Positions 40,381-52,959 of a stretch of DNA of 64,000 nt are shown in pieces. A program made the position numbers and the translations under genes. Positions within the stretch are counted from its first letter, which is position 1. Each line of letters begins with the position of its first letter. Below the pieces are notes generated by a model. The model was given only the letters and a program-made list of their open reading frames with translations. It ran no database searches and was not told where the DNA came from. Source of the DNA: Octopus sinensis (lineage: Eukaryota); the NCBI RefSeq assembly GCF_006345805.1, contig NC_042998.1, positions 1,302,001-1,366,000 on the forward strand. The letters are read 5' to 3'.

Positions 40381-41328
40381 CAGGGGTCGCCAAAGGGGGT
40401 CCGAGAGACCCCTAGGGGTCAGCGAAGAATTACAAGGGGTCGATGATAGCCAAGGGGTCGAATGGGGGTCGGCGTGCGAAAGACCAGCTCACCCAGACGA
40501 ACCGCTTGAAATACTTAGTCAGCGCCATGCTCATCCCTCACATTGATGTTGTCAGTTTCAATAAAAGATATTCCAAAGGCGGCGAGCTGGCAGAAACGTT
40601 AGCACGCCGGGCGAAATGCGTAGCAGTATTTCATCTGCCGTTACGTTCTGAGTTCAAATTCCGCCGAGATCGACTTTGCCTTTCATCCTTTCGGGGACGA
40701 TGAATTAAGTAACAGTTACGCACTGGGGTCGATATAATCGACTTAATCCATTTGTTTGTCCTTGTCTGTCCTCTCTGTGTTTAGTCCCTTGTGGGTAGTA
40801 AAGAAATAGGTATTTCGTCTGTCTTTACGTTCTGAGTTCAAATTCCGCCAAGGTCGACTTTACCTTTCATCCTTTCGGGGTCAATAAATTAAGTACCAGT
40901 TGCGTACTGGGGTCGATCTAATCGACTGGCCACTCCCCAAAAGTTTCGGGACTTGTGCTTAGTGTAGGAAAGAAAAGAATAAAATATATTCCAGCAATAT
41001 GATGCGTTTTTCACATTTTCTAACCGTGAAAACAATTTCATAGAAATTGAAAGTTTAATACTGTATACTCATTACACGTAGTTTTAAATGTAAAAAGGGT
41101 ATCGTCTTCAATAGAATTTCTTAATTTGTCGTACATGTATATTTTAGCTACCTATTTAATTGACAACATCAGTACCCGGTACGCATTTAAGATAAGGTAG
41201 GGTAGGGTATTAAGATATTTTAGATGAGGAGGGTGGTCGATGTGGAAGGGAAAGTAGCTAAAGGGGGTCGATGCGGAAAGAGAAGGAGCTAAAGGGGGTA
41301 GATGGTCGAAAAAGTTTGGCGACCCCTA
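40381..41328. mobile_element. hAT-type MITE inserted into a family-2 SINE, itself containing nested family-1 SINEs (about 40575-40980)
   Basis: 14-bp TIRs caggggtcgccaaa / tttggcgaccccta; 8-bp flanks ggttagtt / gtttagtc (6 of 8 match); host SINE resumes on both sides. Confidence 0.8.
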
Positions 41329-41486
41329 GTTTAGTCGAATAAATCGACCCAAGTTCCTACTAATTCTATTGGTACTGTTAGTCGAACTGCTAAGTTACGA
41401 GACGTAATCAAACCAACACTGGTGGTCAAACACAAACACACACACACGCACGCAAACACATACACACACACACAAACACAAACACA

Positions 41487-41532
<46 letters not shown>

Positions 41533-42091
41533 TGCATATGTTTGTGTCTATGTTTGCCTCGCCGCACTGCTTGACAACCGGTGCTGGTCTGTTTGCACCC
41601 TTAAAATTAGCGGTTCGGCATAAGTGACCAGCAGAGTAACTACCAGACTTCAAAATAGAACTGGGGTCGATTTGTTCGACAAGAACCCTTCAAGGCGATG
41701 CCTGCCGGCAGTTCAATGGCCAAAGCAAGTAAAGGATAAAAGATAAAGGATAAAAAAATATAAATGTAGCAAATAAAGAAATGCTCCCGCATGACCGCAG
41801 CCGCATGGCTGAATCGTTTAAAGCAGTGGTTCTCAACTGGGATCCATATGGACCCTGTTTCCATATAAGACTTGTAGGGGTCTTCGCAACAAAATGGTAA
41901 ATTGGGGATCCACAATGGTATTTTAAGGGACCCTGAAAAGATTTTGCTTTCGATGTATATATTGGTATGTCTTGCAATAAACAGATATATTTCTTTCGCT
42001 AACGTTTTACATAGTTCAACCTACACAAGTAAATGTGTGAATAACAAAATACGAATTTTGAAAGAAGTGTCTATAAAACTAGTTTTTAAAC

Positions 42092-42409
42092 TTACGGAGA
42101 TGTACTTGCATAGCAAGTGACCTGATCTGGGATCGTGTGCTGGAACGAAAACAATTGCAGCGTGGAAGGTGTTTATAAGCCATTTAAGAAACACACAAAA
42201 ACCGTTAGATTCACTTCAACATTTAAATTAAATTTGTCAAAATATTTTCGTCGCTTTGAGACCGCGACCTGTTCACTGACAGAACTCCGTGCTCGGTCTC
42301 AAAGCAACGAAATATATTTTAACAAATGAAATTTAAATGTTGAAGTGAATCTAACGGTTTTTGTGTGTTTCTTAAATGGCTTATAAACACCTTCCACGCT
42401 GCAATTGTT
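42092..42409. mobile_element. Penelope-like insertion (family B) with inverted pLTR arms and 12-bp TSD
   Basis: Arms 42149-42264 / 42294-42410 (outer 81 bp perfect); TAGTTTTTAAAC at 42080-42091 and 42410-42421. Confidence 0.85.
42233..42285 (-). ncRNA. Second copy of the G3:C8 hammerhead-fold RNA (family B)
   Basis: Minus strand ctgtca-GTGAACA-g-gtcgc-ggtctcaaa-gcgac-GAAA-atattt-tgacaaa. Confidence 0.7.
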
Positions 42410-42933
42410 TAGTTTTTAAACATCGAATGACTATGGGGACCCACCAGCATAAAATAGTAATCGAAGGCGTCCGTGGATAAAAAGTGGCTGAGAAGCCCTA
42501 GTTTAAAGAAAATAAATGAATAAATATGATAATAGGAAGAAAAAAGAACAATGGCTGCAGTCATGGTAAATGATGAAATAAACAAGAGCAATGAGTAATC
42601 CGTATCAATAAACTAAATAACAAAGCGATCGTCAAGAAACAACAAAGTTAATGGAGACTGACAGCAAATTTATGTCTGTTGTTGTATATGGCGGCCATTG
42701 CACTTGGCTTAATCTCTGCCCCTCATTCTACGTTTCCAACGCTGTGACGAAACTGCAACTCGAAAAACAGATGAGTGATAGATGTGTGTGTGTGTGTGAA
42801 TGTATGCGTACGTGTCTGTAGGTAGGTAGTAGGTAGGTAGGTAGGTAGGACAGACAGAAAGAAAAAGAGACAGAAAGACACTGAGAGACAGAGAAAGACA
42901 GAGTAAACGTGTAATAGAGATGGATAGATAGAT

Positions 42934-43019
<86 letters not shown>

Positions 43020-43227
43020 GGATAGATGTGTATATATTCATACATACATACGCGTACATGCATGCATACACATACACACACACGCACACATACACACACA
43101 TGCACATATAGAGAGAGACAGATAGACTGACAGACGGGCAGGCAAAGAGACAAACAGAGAGAGCTAACGCACACGCACACACAGAAAGCGGGAAAGATGA
43201 AGAGAACTAGACAGACAGACAGGCGGG

Positions 43228-43262
<35 letters not shown>

Positions 43263-43409
43263 ACAGATAGATATACACTAACTGGCTGACCGGTACTGAT
43301 GGCCAGCAGGCTAATATTATCATTAACTGAACAGCTTCATCGTAAAAGGGAAGCAAAGCAAATTTAATGACCTAACATCACCTTTAACACACACACACAC
43401 GCGCACGCA

Positions 43410-43456
<47 letters not shown>

Positions 43457-44734
43457 ACACGCACGCACGCGCACACACTTCACCATATTTTTATATTTGT
43501 TTAATTTATTTCGCTCTTCTTTTGAACGTCTCTTTATAAGTAGACGCGAGTTTGTGTGTGTGTGTGTGTGAGTTCGTATGTATTCTCGCCTGTGTGTGTG
43601 TGTGTGTGTCAGTCTGTGTGTGAAGGAGAGTTTTTGTGGCTTCAAGCTGCAGTGACAGACGCCTGCCTTTTTAGTTTTGCTTTTGTTTTTCTTGTTGCTT
43701 TTCTCTTGTATTTTGTTGTTGTTGTTGTTGTTTTTTTCTTTTTTCCTGCCGTGACATCCACACAAGCACCGTAGTATATCGTAGATATAGAAGGGAAGTC
43801 AAAGGGGGAGGAAGAGCGACAAAGAAGCGGTAATGGTGGTGGTGGTGGTGGTGGAAGAGGAGGAGGAGAAGGAGGAGGACGGCGGCGGCGGCGACGACAA
43901 CGATGAAAAGGAAGAGTAGGAGGAGGTAGGATAATGACAATTGAACGAGAGAAAGGAAAGAGAAATAAATGGAGCTAAAGGAGAAAAAAAAAAACATAAA
44001 ACTGACAGGAAGAAAGGAAATGATGAAAACCTTATGAACGTGTGTGTGTGTTTGTATGAGATCCTGTGTGTGTACGTCTGTGTGTGTGTGTGAGTGTGTG
44101 TCTCACGGAGACACAACACTTCAAATTCGGGAAAGGTGCCCGATTACATCGATCTTGCAACCTGATTGGTGCTTTATGTTATCGACCTCGCGGTGATGGA
44201 AGGCAAGGTTTTGGAAGGGTGGGAGAAGGAAATTTAAAATGAGAAGGTAAAGAGCTGCAAATACCACAAGGCATTTTGTTCGACGTGAGTCCCTCGAGGG
44301 AGCAGAAGAACCACCAACTGGATTCAAGTTTACCGTATTTTTGTCCATAACCGAAAGGACTCAATAGGATGCGGGAGTTCCTCCTCTTGTCTGTGTATAT
44401 GTGTGTGTTTGTGCAGGTGTGTAAGTGTGTCCGTTTGTGTGTGTGTGTGTGTATCTGGGTATGTGTAAGTGTGTGTGTAGGTGTGTGCGTTTGTGTGTGT
44501 ATGTCTGTGTGTAAGCGTGTGTGTATGTGTGTGTTTGTGTATGTGTGTGTTTGTGTAGGTGTGTGTATTTGTGTGTGTAAGTGTGTGTGTGTAGGTGTGT
44601 GTGCGTTTATGTGTGTGTGTTTGTGTAGGTGTGTGTGCGTTTGTGTGTATGTGCGTATATCTGTAAGTGTGTATGTTTGTATGTGAGTGTGTGTGTGCAT
44701 GTATTAAGTTCTGATAAAAAATTACAAATATCTT

Positions 44735-45779
44735 CTTGTTTTATCTTTTTACTAAATTCAGTTTTTGGACTTCGGCTCTGCTGGGGTCACAGCCTTAATA
44801 TGGACTTCGGCTCTGCTGGGGGCACAGCCTTAATATGGACTTCGGCTCTGCTGGGGTCACAGCCTTAATATGGACTTCGGCTCTGCTGGGGTCACAGCCT
44901 TAATATGGACTTCGGCTCTGCTGGGGGCACAGCCTTAATATGGACTTCGGCTCTGCTGGGGTCACAGCCTTAATATGGACTTCGGCTCTGCTGGGGTCAC
45001 AGCCTTAATATGGACTTCGGCTCTGCTGGGGGCACAGCCTTAATATGGACTTCGGCTCTGCTGGGGACACAGCCTTAATATGGACTTCGGCTCTGCTGGG
45101 GTCACAGCCTTAATATGGACTTCGGCTCTGCTGGGGGCACAGCCTTAATATGGACTTCGGCTCTGCTGGGGTCACAGCCTTAATATGGACTTCGGCTCTG
45201 CTGGGGACACAGCCTTAATATGGACTTCGCTCTGCTGGGGTCACAGCCTTAATATGGACTTCGGCTCTGCTGGGGGCACAGCCTTAATATGGACTTCGGC
45301 TCTGCTGGGGTCACAGCCTTAATATGGACTTCGGCTCTGCTGGGGGCACAGCCTTAATATGGACTTCGGCTCTGCTGGGGTCACAGCCTTATATGGACTT
45401 CGGCTCTGCTGGGGGCACAGCCTTAATATGGACTTCGGCTCTGCTGGGGTCACAGCCTTAATATGGACTTCGGCTCTGCTGGGGGCACAGCCTTAATATG
45501 GACTTCGGCTCTGCTGGGGTCACAGCCTTAATATGGACTTCGGCTCTGCTGGGGGCACAGCCTTAATATGGACTTCGGCTCTGCTGGGGTCACAGCCTTA
45601 ATATGGACTTCGGCTCTGCTGGGGGCCTTAATATGTTTAGTCGAAAAAATTGACCTCAGTACTTATTTTTAAAGTCTGGTGCTCATTGTATCGGACTCAT
45701 TTTGTCAAACCGTTAAGTTAAATAAACACACCAACACCGCTTATCAAGTGGTAGAGGGAAGGTCAAACACAAATTCACA

Positions 45780-45831
<52 letters not shown>

Positions 45832-45995
45832 ACACACGACGGGCTTCCACACAGTTTTCGTCAAGTATATTTAATCACAAGGTACTGGTCGATCCGGAGC
45901 TATAGTTGAAGACACTTGCCCAAGGAGCCGTGCAGTGGGACTGAACCCGAAATCGCGTGTTCGCAAAGAGAGCTTCTTAACCAGCTGCAGCCATA
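44735..45995 (-). mobile_element. Family-2 SINE hosting a minisatellite
   Basis: SINE body resumes after the array (tttagtcgaaaaaattgacctcagtacttatt...gaagacacttgcccaagg...gggactgaaccc). Confidence 0.75.
44766..45633. repeat. 35-bp minisatellite, 24 near-full units plus 1 truncated unit
   Basis: Unit tggacttcggctctgctgggg[T/G/A]cacagccttaata; two 1-nt deletions; no spacers. Confidence 0.97.
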
Positions 45996-48900
45996 TGTCT
46001 ATATTTTATATAAGAATAGATATCAAAATGAATTACTGATGAGAGAACAGTGATATACATAATCGTTCTCTGCAAAACCTCTGCGTAACTAAATTATATC
46101 AAAGAAATAAAGCTGAACGAGTGGTTGAATAAAATCTATTCTTTATTTATTAAGGAAAGAAAATGGCATGCTCCAAGGATATCTCATAGAACCTGTGTTT
46201 GGCCTTCACTTACTTGTCTTCGGCTGCTATTGTTATGAGATTGAAAAAGACGTATGTGTGAACTATTGGAAAGTAACTCTAAGAAATAAAGGAATTTATA
46301 ATTGCAATTTTAGCTACGAACCTTGGAAAAAAAGAAAGGAAAAGCAGTAGGAAAATAGTAGAAATGAGTTGAGGAAATTATAAATGTAAAGCTATTTGCT
46401 ACTGTTTAGAGATTTATGGATAGCAAAGGGAGTTTAAGGTGTCCTTTAAACATAATAAATATATGTATACGTACGAATTATAGTGTATTAAAGGTAAGAA
46501 TTAAGATATAAAACAAATTAAATGAGTATATATCGATATGTAATGAATACAAAATGCAATGAGATTATCGAATTATAAAATTTCTTTCGTTGAGATAGGT
46601 TGACAATAGCCCTCTCTGCGTAAAAATTAATAAAGTAAAATAAAGGTATTGTTAAACTAAAATTGATATTTATGGAGAAACTAAATTTAAATTATTAAAT
46701 AGAAGTAATTATAAAATAGAAGTAATTATAGTTCTGAGAGTTGATTAATTTAAGAGTCCAGTATGAAAAGTAAGGAAATGATATAGCTTTTAGGCTATTA
46801 AAACGTGTATGAAACTTTTATAGAATTCAGAACTATGAAAATATGCATGGAATGATTTTAAGGGGAAAATAAACGAAAATTAAAAGAAGCAACTGTGATA
46901 AAGGAGGTGGAGGTTGAGAAAATAAGTAATAGTAAAAAAAGAAGATAAAGAAGTAATCAGTAATGAATAATGGTTTCAAATTTTGGCATAAGGCCAATAA
47001 TTCTAGAAGAGGGGCAAGTTGTACTTTATTTTATCAACCCCCAAAAGAAGAAGAGGCAACAATCAACCTCGGCAGACTTTGAACTCAAAACGTACAGAGC
47101 AGGAGCAATGAATAGGTCATATTAAGTAAGATAAAATTAGTTAACTATGGCAGAACTTTCTGAAGAATAATGTTAAATTTTGTCATGTGTGAGGATGGTC
47201 ATATTGTTAATTGGCAGACCATCCTCAAGTATAACAATATATGCTTCAACACACGATTTCACATCAAGAATCTTACAAAACAAATGCATAAATGTTAAAT
47301 TTTATTATAAGATAATGACAATTAGGGTGTATAATAGCATTAGTGTGAGTATATATTAGAGGAACTGATGTGGAGAAGACCAAAGCGAAATTATGTTGTA
47401 GAATAGACTTGAAGCTGTGGATAATAATGTAAAAAATTAAAATGGCTACCATTGATTTGTTTAGAATATAGCAATGTACTATCTTATCAAACATTGATTC
47501 ACTGTTAGGAGATGTGTGTTTCGGGTCTTGAGAAGATAAATTCTGATAGTAAGGTGTGTTGGTTTAACAGATATGTTCTCATGAAAGAAAATAGAAGAGT
47601 GCGTATTGAATTATAATTTTGTACATTCTGTATGAAGCTATTCATAAACGTTAAATTTGAGATGGGAACGGACGGATAACTTATTGGAGTGCAATAGTAG
47701 AAACGTAGTCATATTCTTATATACGTTTATAACTCCATCTCTACTATACTGTATCTGTCGCTTGATAACTCTACCCAATGACTGTTGACATCCTTAAGGC
47801 ATGCAATTTCACCTGAGGTGTCGAAACTACTATAGTCTTTATTGAGAATGAAAAGAAATGTTGTTATTTGAACTCTTGCTGTCCTGCGTGCAACTCCTGA
47901 ATTATATATCAACCTAATATCAACACATCAGAAAACAATTTGATGCATTGTTTCTAAGGGCAACGCTTTAGCTAGGTTCCTTCATCCGGGAGTAGCTTTG
48001 ACTGAAGAGACACTATGTAAAGTCCACTTACATCAACGAATCGCGTGTGTTATGAACACAGGTCGTCTGAAGGGAGACCCAATATAAATATATATATTGA
48101 AGGGGCTGTCTACCAAATCTACCGAAGCTACTTTGGCTTTGGTGGGCCTGGAGCAATAGGAGAAGACACTTTTCTAAGTTTCCGCGCAGTGGTACTCATG
48201 TGACTTGGAAGCAAACTTTTTACCACACAGCCAAGGCGCCCCTGTTGGATTTTAGATCGAAAAATATACGCTTGCACGCGCGCGTATGTGTATAGTGACA
48301 GAGTGATGGAGAGTGGTGTAGGAGAGGAAGTTGTTTTTAAAAAGGCTGCAAAAGAATGAAGCGGGGCGGGGGGGGGGGGGAAACTTAAAACAGAAATTGA
48401 AGAAATAATCGTTGAAAGAATAATCAGAAGCAAAGAACAAAATGAAAGTAGTAGTAACGGTGGGATGATAGTAGTAGTAGTAGTAGTAGTAGTAGCAGCA
48501 GCAGCAGCAGCAGCAGCAGCAGTGGTTGTCATAGTGGAGGTGGTGGTGGTGGTGGTCGTCGTCGTGGAGGAGGAGGAGGAGGAAGAAGAAGAAGAAGAAA
48601 TTTCTAATGGCAGCAAAAGAAATCATATATTAGCAGCCAATCAAGGAATAAGTAGCAGTAGCAGCAGGAGCAGCAGCAGGAGCAGCAGCAGTAGTAGTAG
48701 TAGTAGTAGTTATGGTGGTAGTGGTGATGATGGTGGGGTAATGTTGGTTGAGCGTGTTTTAGCGGTGGTGGTGGTGGTCGTCGTCGTTATGGTGGATTCG
48801 GTCGTGAGAAGTGAGAAGGAATTAACTACATGTGCGATGCTAATTGGAAACGATTTAGACAGAAGCTGACCGAATGACGGAGGAGGGGCATTGGGTCCTG

Positions 48901-49543
48901 GGCAGTGGGCAAGAAGAAGGAACTGAGGCCAAGAACCATAGAAAATAGTCCTACTTCTCATTACCAACAACAACAACAACGAAGATGTCTGCGTTTCCCA
49001 TTTGCTTGCGCGAGCGTTTGCTTTTTTCATATTAAAAGGACAGCAGCGATCGAACAACTAAACTAAGTTGCTTGGCCGAAGAGAGGAGATTACAGCTGTT
49101 GAAAAGCATTTAAATTTACTTAGTTTTGTTGTTATTGTTATTGTTGTTCTGCTTTTTTTTCTGTTGTCTTTTTTCTTTTGCTTTTCTCCCCCCTTCTTCC
49201 TCGTCTTTTTCACACGTGTCAAAGCGTGTAAACGACGGCCGGAGAGCAGCAGTCCATCTCGCAACCCTTAAAGACTTTCACTGAAGGATTTATGGGCCAT
49301 ACAATAAGCAAATAAAGCAACTTCTCATTCGTTTGTTTGACCTAAAGGCATTGTTTCGTAAGTTGTTGTTGTTGTTGTTGTTGTTCCTTTCTTCTTTTTT
49401 ATTTATTTCTCTCTTTTTACCATTTTCTTTTTCTTTTCCTTTTTGTGTTTGGTGGTGAGAGGCCAACGATTGTCGCTGGTCAACTGAGTGCTGACAGATA
49501 AATACGGCACGAGGACATCTAAGTTTTCTTCCTTTCAATCTCT

Positions 49544-49603
<60 letters not shown>

Positions 49604-50400
49604 CTTCTTCACTACTTATCTCTCTGTCTTCCCTTGTTTCTCTTTAGCTTTTACCTATGGACTTCTCTCTCTCTCTCTCTCTCTCGTCTCTCGCATTTTC
49701 CTTTCTTTTCCTCTTTGTGTTAGAAAGGGATGAGAATCGTATTATCTTCAATCTTAATCTCTTTATATCTAACCCAACCCCCCTCTTGTGTATCCATTCA
49801 TAAAATACTTTTTGAAAGCCTCCCATTTTTTTTCTTCTATTCAACTTCTCACGCCTTCCTCTTTATAACAGTCGCGCCAACAAGAGATCTCCCTCCATAA
49901 GTGGTCAGCCGTTCTGCTGGAAATAGCAGCAAAATCGTTATCACATGGACATATATGCAAAATGACCAAGTGGTTTTTATCTGTAGAAGGCGACAAGCTG
50001 GCAAGAGCGTTAGCCACGCCGGACAAAATGCTTTGTGGTATTTCGTCCGTCTTTACATTCCGAGTTCAAATTCTGTTGGGATTGACTTTTGCCTTTCATC
50101 CTTTCGAGGTCGATAAAATAAGAACCAGTTGAAAACTGGGATCGATATAGTCGACTTACACCCTCCTCCGAACTAGCTGGCCTCGTGTCAAAATTTAAAA
50201 CTAATATTTGTCTGTAATGTTTATCCAGCATTATATATATAGGCGTAGGAGTGGCTGTGTGGTAAGTAGCTTGCTTACCAACCACATGGTTCCGAGTTCA
50301 GTCTCACTGCGTGGCACCTTGGGCAAGTGTCTGCTACTATAGCCTCGGGCCGACCAAAGCCTTGTAAGTGGATTTGGTAGAAGGAAACTGAAAGCCCGTC

Positions 50401-50465
<65 letters not shown>

Positions 50466-50466
<1 letters not shown>

Positions 50467-50633
50467 CGGGTGTGTGTGATTGTGTATAGAAGAATATATT
50501 AATAAAAGGAATTCCAACCTTGTCTGATTTTCACGTTTTATCTACAATCTTATAATGATATAATATAATATAATATAATATAATAAAATAAAATAAAATA
50601 ATAGAATGTTAAATGTTCATTCTGATTGAACTA
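50466..50633 (-). mobile_element. Penelope-like pseudo-LTR (family A), 3' part of the inverted copy
   Basis: Reverse complement of 51330-51460; ends cacacacccg-tatata like 39140-39155. Confidence 0.8.
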
Positions 50634-51273
50634 GTTAGTTAGTTAGTTAGTTAGTTAATTTGGCTCAAAAGCAAATAGCAAGGCTATGTAGGGGGACATG
50701 GAGTTAAGTACAGGGTGGTGTTCATCTAAAGAGTTCAGGCCACTTGAGGTGCAGGGAGGCTTTGAACAAAGCGGTCGTCGGCATCTTCACCATCTCGTCT
50801 GGCAGCTTGTTCCACGGATCCGCAACCCGGACGGAGAAAGCTCCTCTCCTTCGATTGAGATGAAATCGTCGCAGGTAGAGCTTTTCGGAATGACCCCGCA
50901 GCCGACGCTCCGGAGCAGGAGTGAAGAACAGCTCTTTCGAGAGGTTACACTTCCCGCTTATGATGTTGTGGGCGAGAATGAGATCACCACGGCGGCGGCG
51001 TTTTTCAAGAGAATAAAGGTCGAGCGTCCTCAGCCTTTCATCGTAGGACAAATTTTTGAGACCATGAACCATGCGGGTAGCCAGCCTCTGGACTCTTTCG
51101 AGGTGCTGTATGTCTTTGAAGAGATAAGGAGAAGAGGCTTGAATCCCGTACTCCAATATGGGTCTCACCAGCGTGACATAGAGTGGCAGGAATATGGCTG
51201 CTGTGAGCATTCCGAATGACCGTCGAATCAAAAACAGAATTCCGCGCGCTTTGTTGGCAGCATGGACGCACTG
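50634..51273 (-). mobile_element. 5'-truncated CR1-clade LINE, open RT C-terminus (about 50722-51273), (AACT)n tail
   Basis: KARGILFLIRR...LVRPILEYG...LERVQRLATRMV...YDERLRTLDLYSLEKRRRRGDLI...RGHS...FSVRVADPWNKLP; no stops; short 3' UTR then (aact)n. Confidence 0.92.
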
Positions 51274-51460
51274 GTACTTTCATGCATTACATGAACCTGA
51301 AGATTGCAGAATTTAATGCATGAAAGTACTAGTTCAATCAGAATGAACATTTAACATTCTATTATTTTATTTTATTATATTATATTATATTATATCATTA
51401 TAAGATTGTAAATAAAACGTGAAAATCAGACAAGGTTGGAATTCCTTTTATTAACATATA
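51274..51460 (+). mobile_element. Penelope-like pseudo-LTR (family A), + copy with a 16-nt inverted piece at its 5' junction
   Basis: gtactttcatgcatta (51274-51289) is the reverse complement of taatgcatgaaagtac in the + copy. Confidence 0.8.
51292..51336 (+). ncRNA. Minimal type I hammerhead ribozyme (family A), canonical core
   Basis: Stem I tgaac/gttca; CTGAAGA 51297-51303; stem II tgca/tgca with U-U at the base; GAAA 51322-51325; palindromic AGTACT stem III; CUA triplet 51329-51331. Confidence 0.85.
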
Positions 51461-51588
51461 TATATACACAGCCACAGCAGGAAATTTATCAGGACATGAA
51501 ATGTAAAAGCCGGACTAGACTACTTTATGCGCAACTCCATTGTCTCCCGAGACAAAAAAGATGCCAAAACAATATTTATGTGTATATA

Positions 51589-51628
<40 letters not shown>

Positions 51629-52014
51629 AACATGTAGGAAAGGGACGGAACGAAGTGAAGATTCGAAACATCGAAAATGCAAAAGAACCCGACGCGAAGC
51701 GCTGTCGGACAATAGTGTAATAAATAAAATATATGCATACATACAAACATATATGTACGTACCGACATCTACATGTATATATACATGCATATATAAATAT
51801 ATATACGTACAGGACACCACAAAAAGACATAAAAATCAACAGAAACGAAAACGGACAAACAGTGGACAAACAGACATATATATATATATATACATACATA
51901 CCAAATCCAATCACAAGGCTTTGGTCGACCTGAGTCTATAGCAGAAGAAACTTCCTCATGATGCCATGTAGTGTGACTGAACTAGGAACCATGTGATCAG
52001 AAAGCAGGCTTCTT

Positions 52015-52615
52015 ATTTATTTATTGCCCACAAGGGGCTAAACATAGAGGAGACAAACAAAGGGATTAAGTCGATTATATCGACCCCAGTACATAACTGG
52101 TACTTAATTTATCGACCCCGAAAGGATGAAAGGCAAAGTCGACCTCGGCGGAATTTGGACTCAGAACGTAGCGGCAGACGAAATACCTATTTCTTTACTA
52201 CCCACAAGGAGCTAAACACAGAGGGGACAAACAAGGACAGACAACCGTATTAAGTCGATTATATTGACTCCAGTGCGTAACTGGTACTTATTTAATAGAC
52301 CCTGAAAGGATGAAAGGTAAAGTCGATCTCGGCGGAATTTGAACTCACAACGTAACGGCAAGACTAAATACCTATTTCTTTACTACCCACAAGGGGCTAA
52401 ACACAGAGGAGACAAACAAGGACAGACAGATGGATTAAGTCGATTACATCGACCCCAGTGCGTAACTGGTATTTAATTTATCGACCCCGAAAGGATGAAA
52501 GGCAAAGTCGACCTCGGCGGAATTTGAACTCAGAACGTAACGGCAGACGAAATACCGCTAAGCATTTTGCCAGGCGTGCTAACGATTCTGCCAGCTCGCT
52601 AAGCATTTCGACAGC
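52015..52615 (-). mobile_element. Tandem array of about 3 family-1 SINE units
   Basis: Repeated cgaccccgaaaggatgaaaggcaaagtcgacctcggcggaatttgaactcagaacgta with period of about 180 bp. Confidence 0.88.
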
Positions 52616-52927
52616 TCGCCTTCTTACTACACAGCCACGCCTATATATCTCCTTTTGTTTCTATATATCTCGTTTTGTTTCTTTTTGATTTTTTTTTTTT
52701 GTTTGTTTTCAGTCGGTGGACTGCAGCCATGCTGGAGCACAGTCTTCCCGGGTTTTGTCGGAATAAATCGATCGCAGTCCTTAATTTTAAATTTGGAACT
52801 TATTCGTCGAATCGTTAAACAAAGAGCAGTTAAAAAAAAAGAGAGGGACAAACATACACACAAAGATACACACACGCAAACACATATGCACACACACTCG
52901 CACGCAAACACATACGCACACATGCAC

Positions 52928-52959
<32 letters not shown>

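Larger units (their letters stand above)
41824..42500. mobile_element. hAT/Charlie-type MITE with perfect 8-bp TSD
   Basis: cagtggttctcaac start, gctgagaagcccta end; GTTTAAAG at 41816-41823 and 42501-42508. Confidence 0.85.

Noticed and set aside
44766-45633. 35-bp repeat array as a CRISPR array
   Set aside because: Units are directly adjacent with no unique spacers, no cas genes, eukaryotic context, and the unit derives from the host SINE
48128-48869. Poly-V/A/E/S and poly-T/S/H ORFs as a low-complexity protein
   Set aside because: Open on both strands because of triplet repeats; no domain or splice support
50698-51219. 173-aa + strand ORF
   Set aside because: Antisense shadow of the CR1 RT ORF on the minus strand
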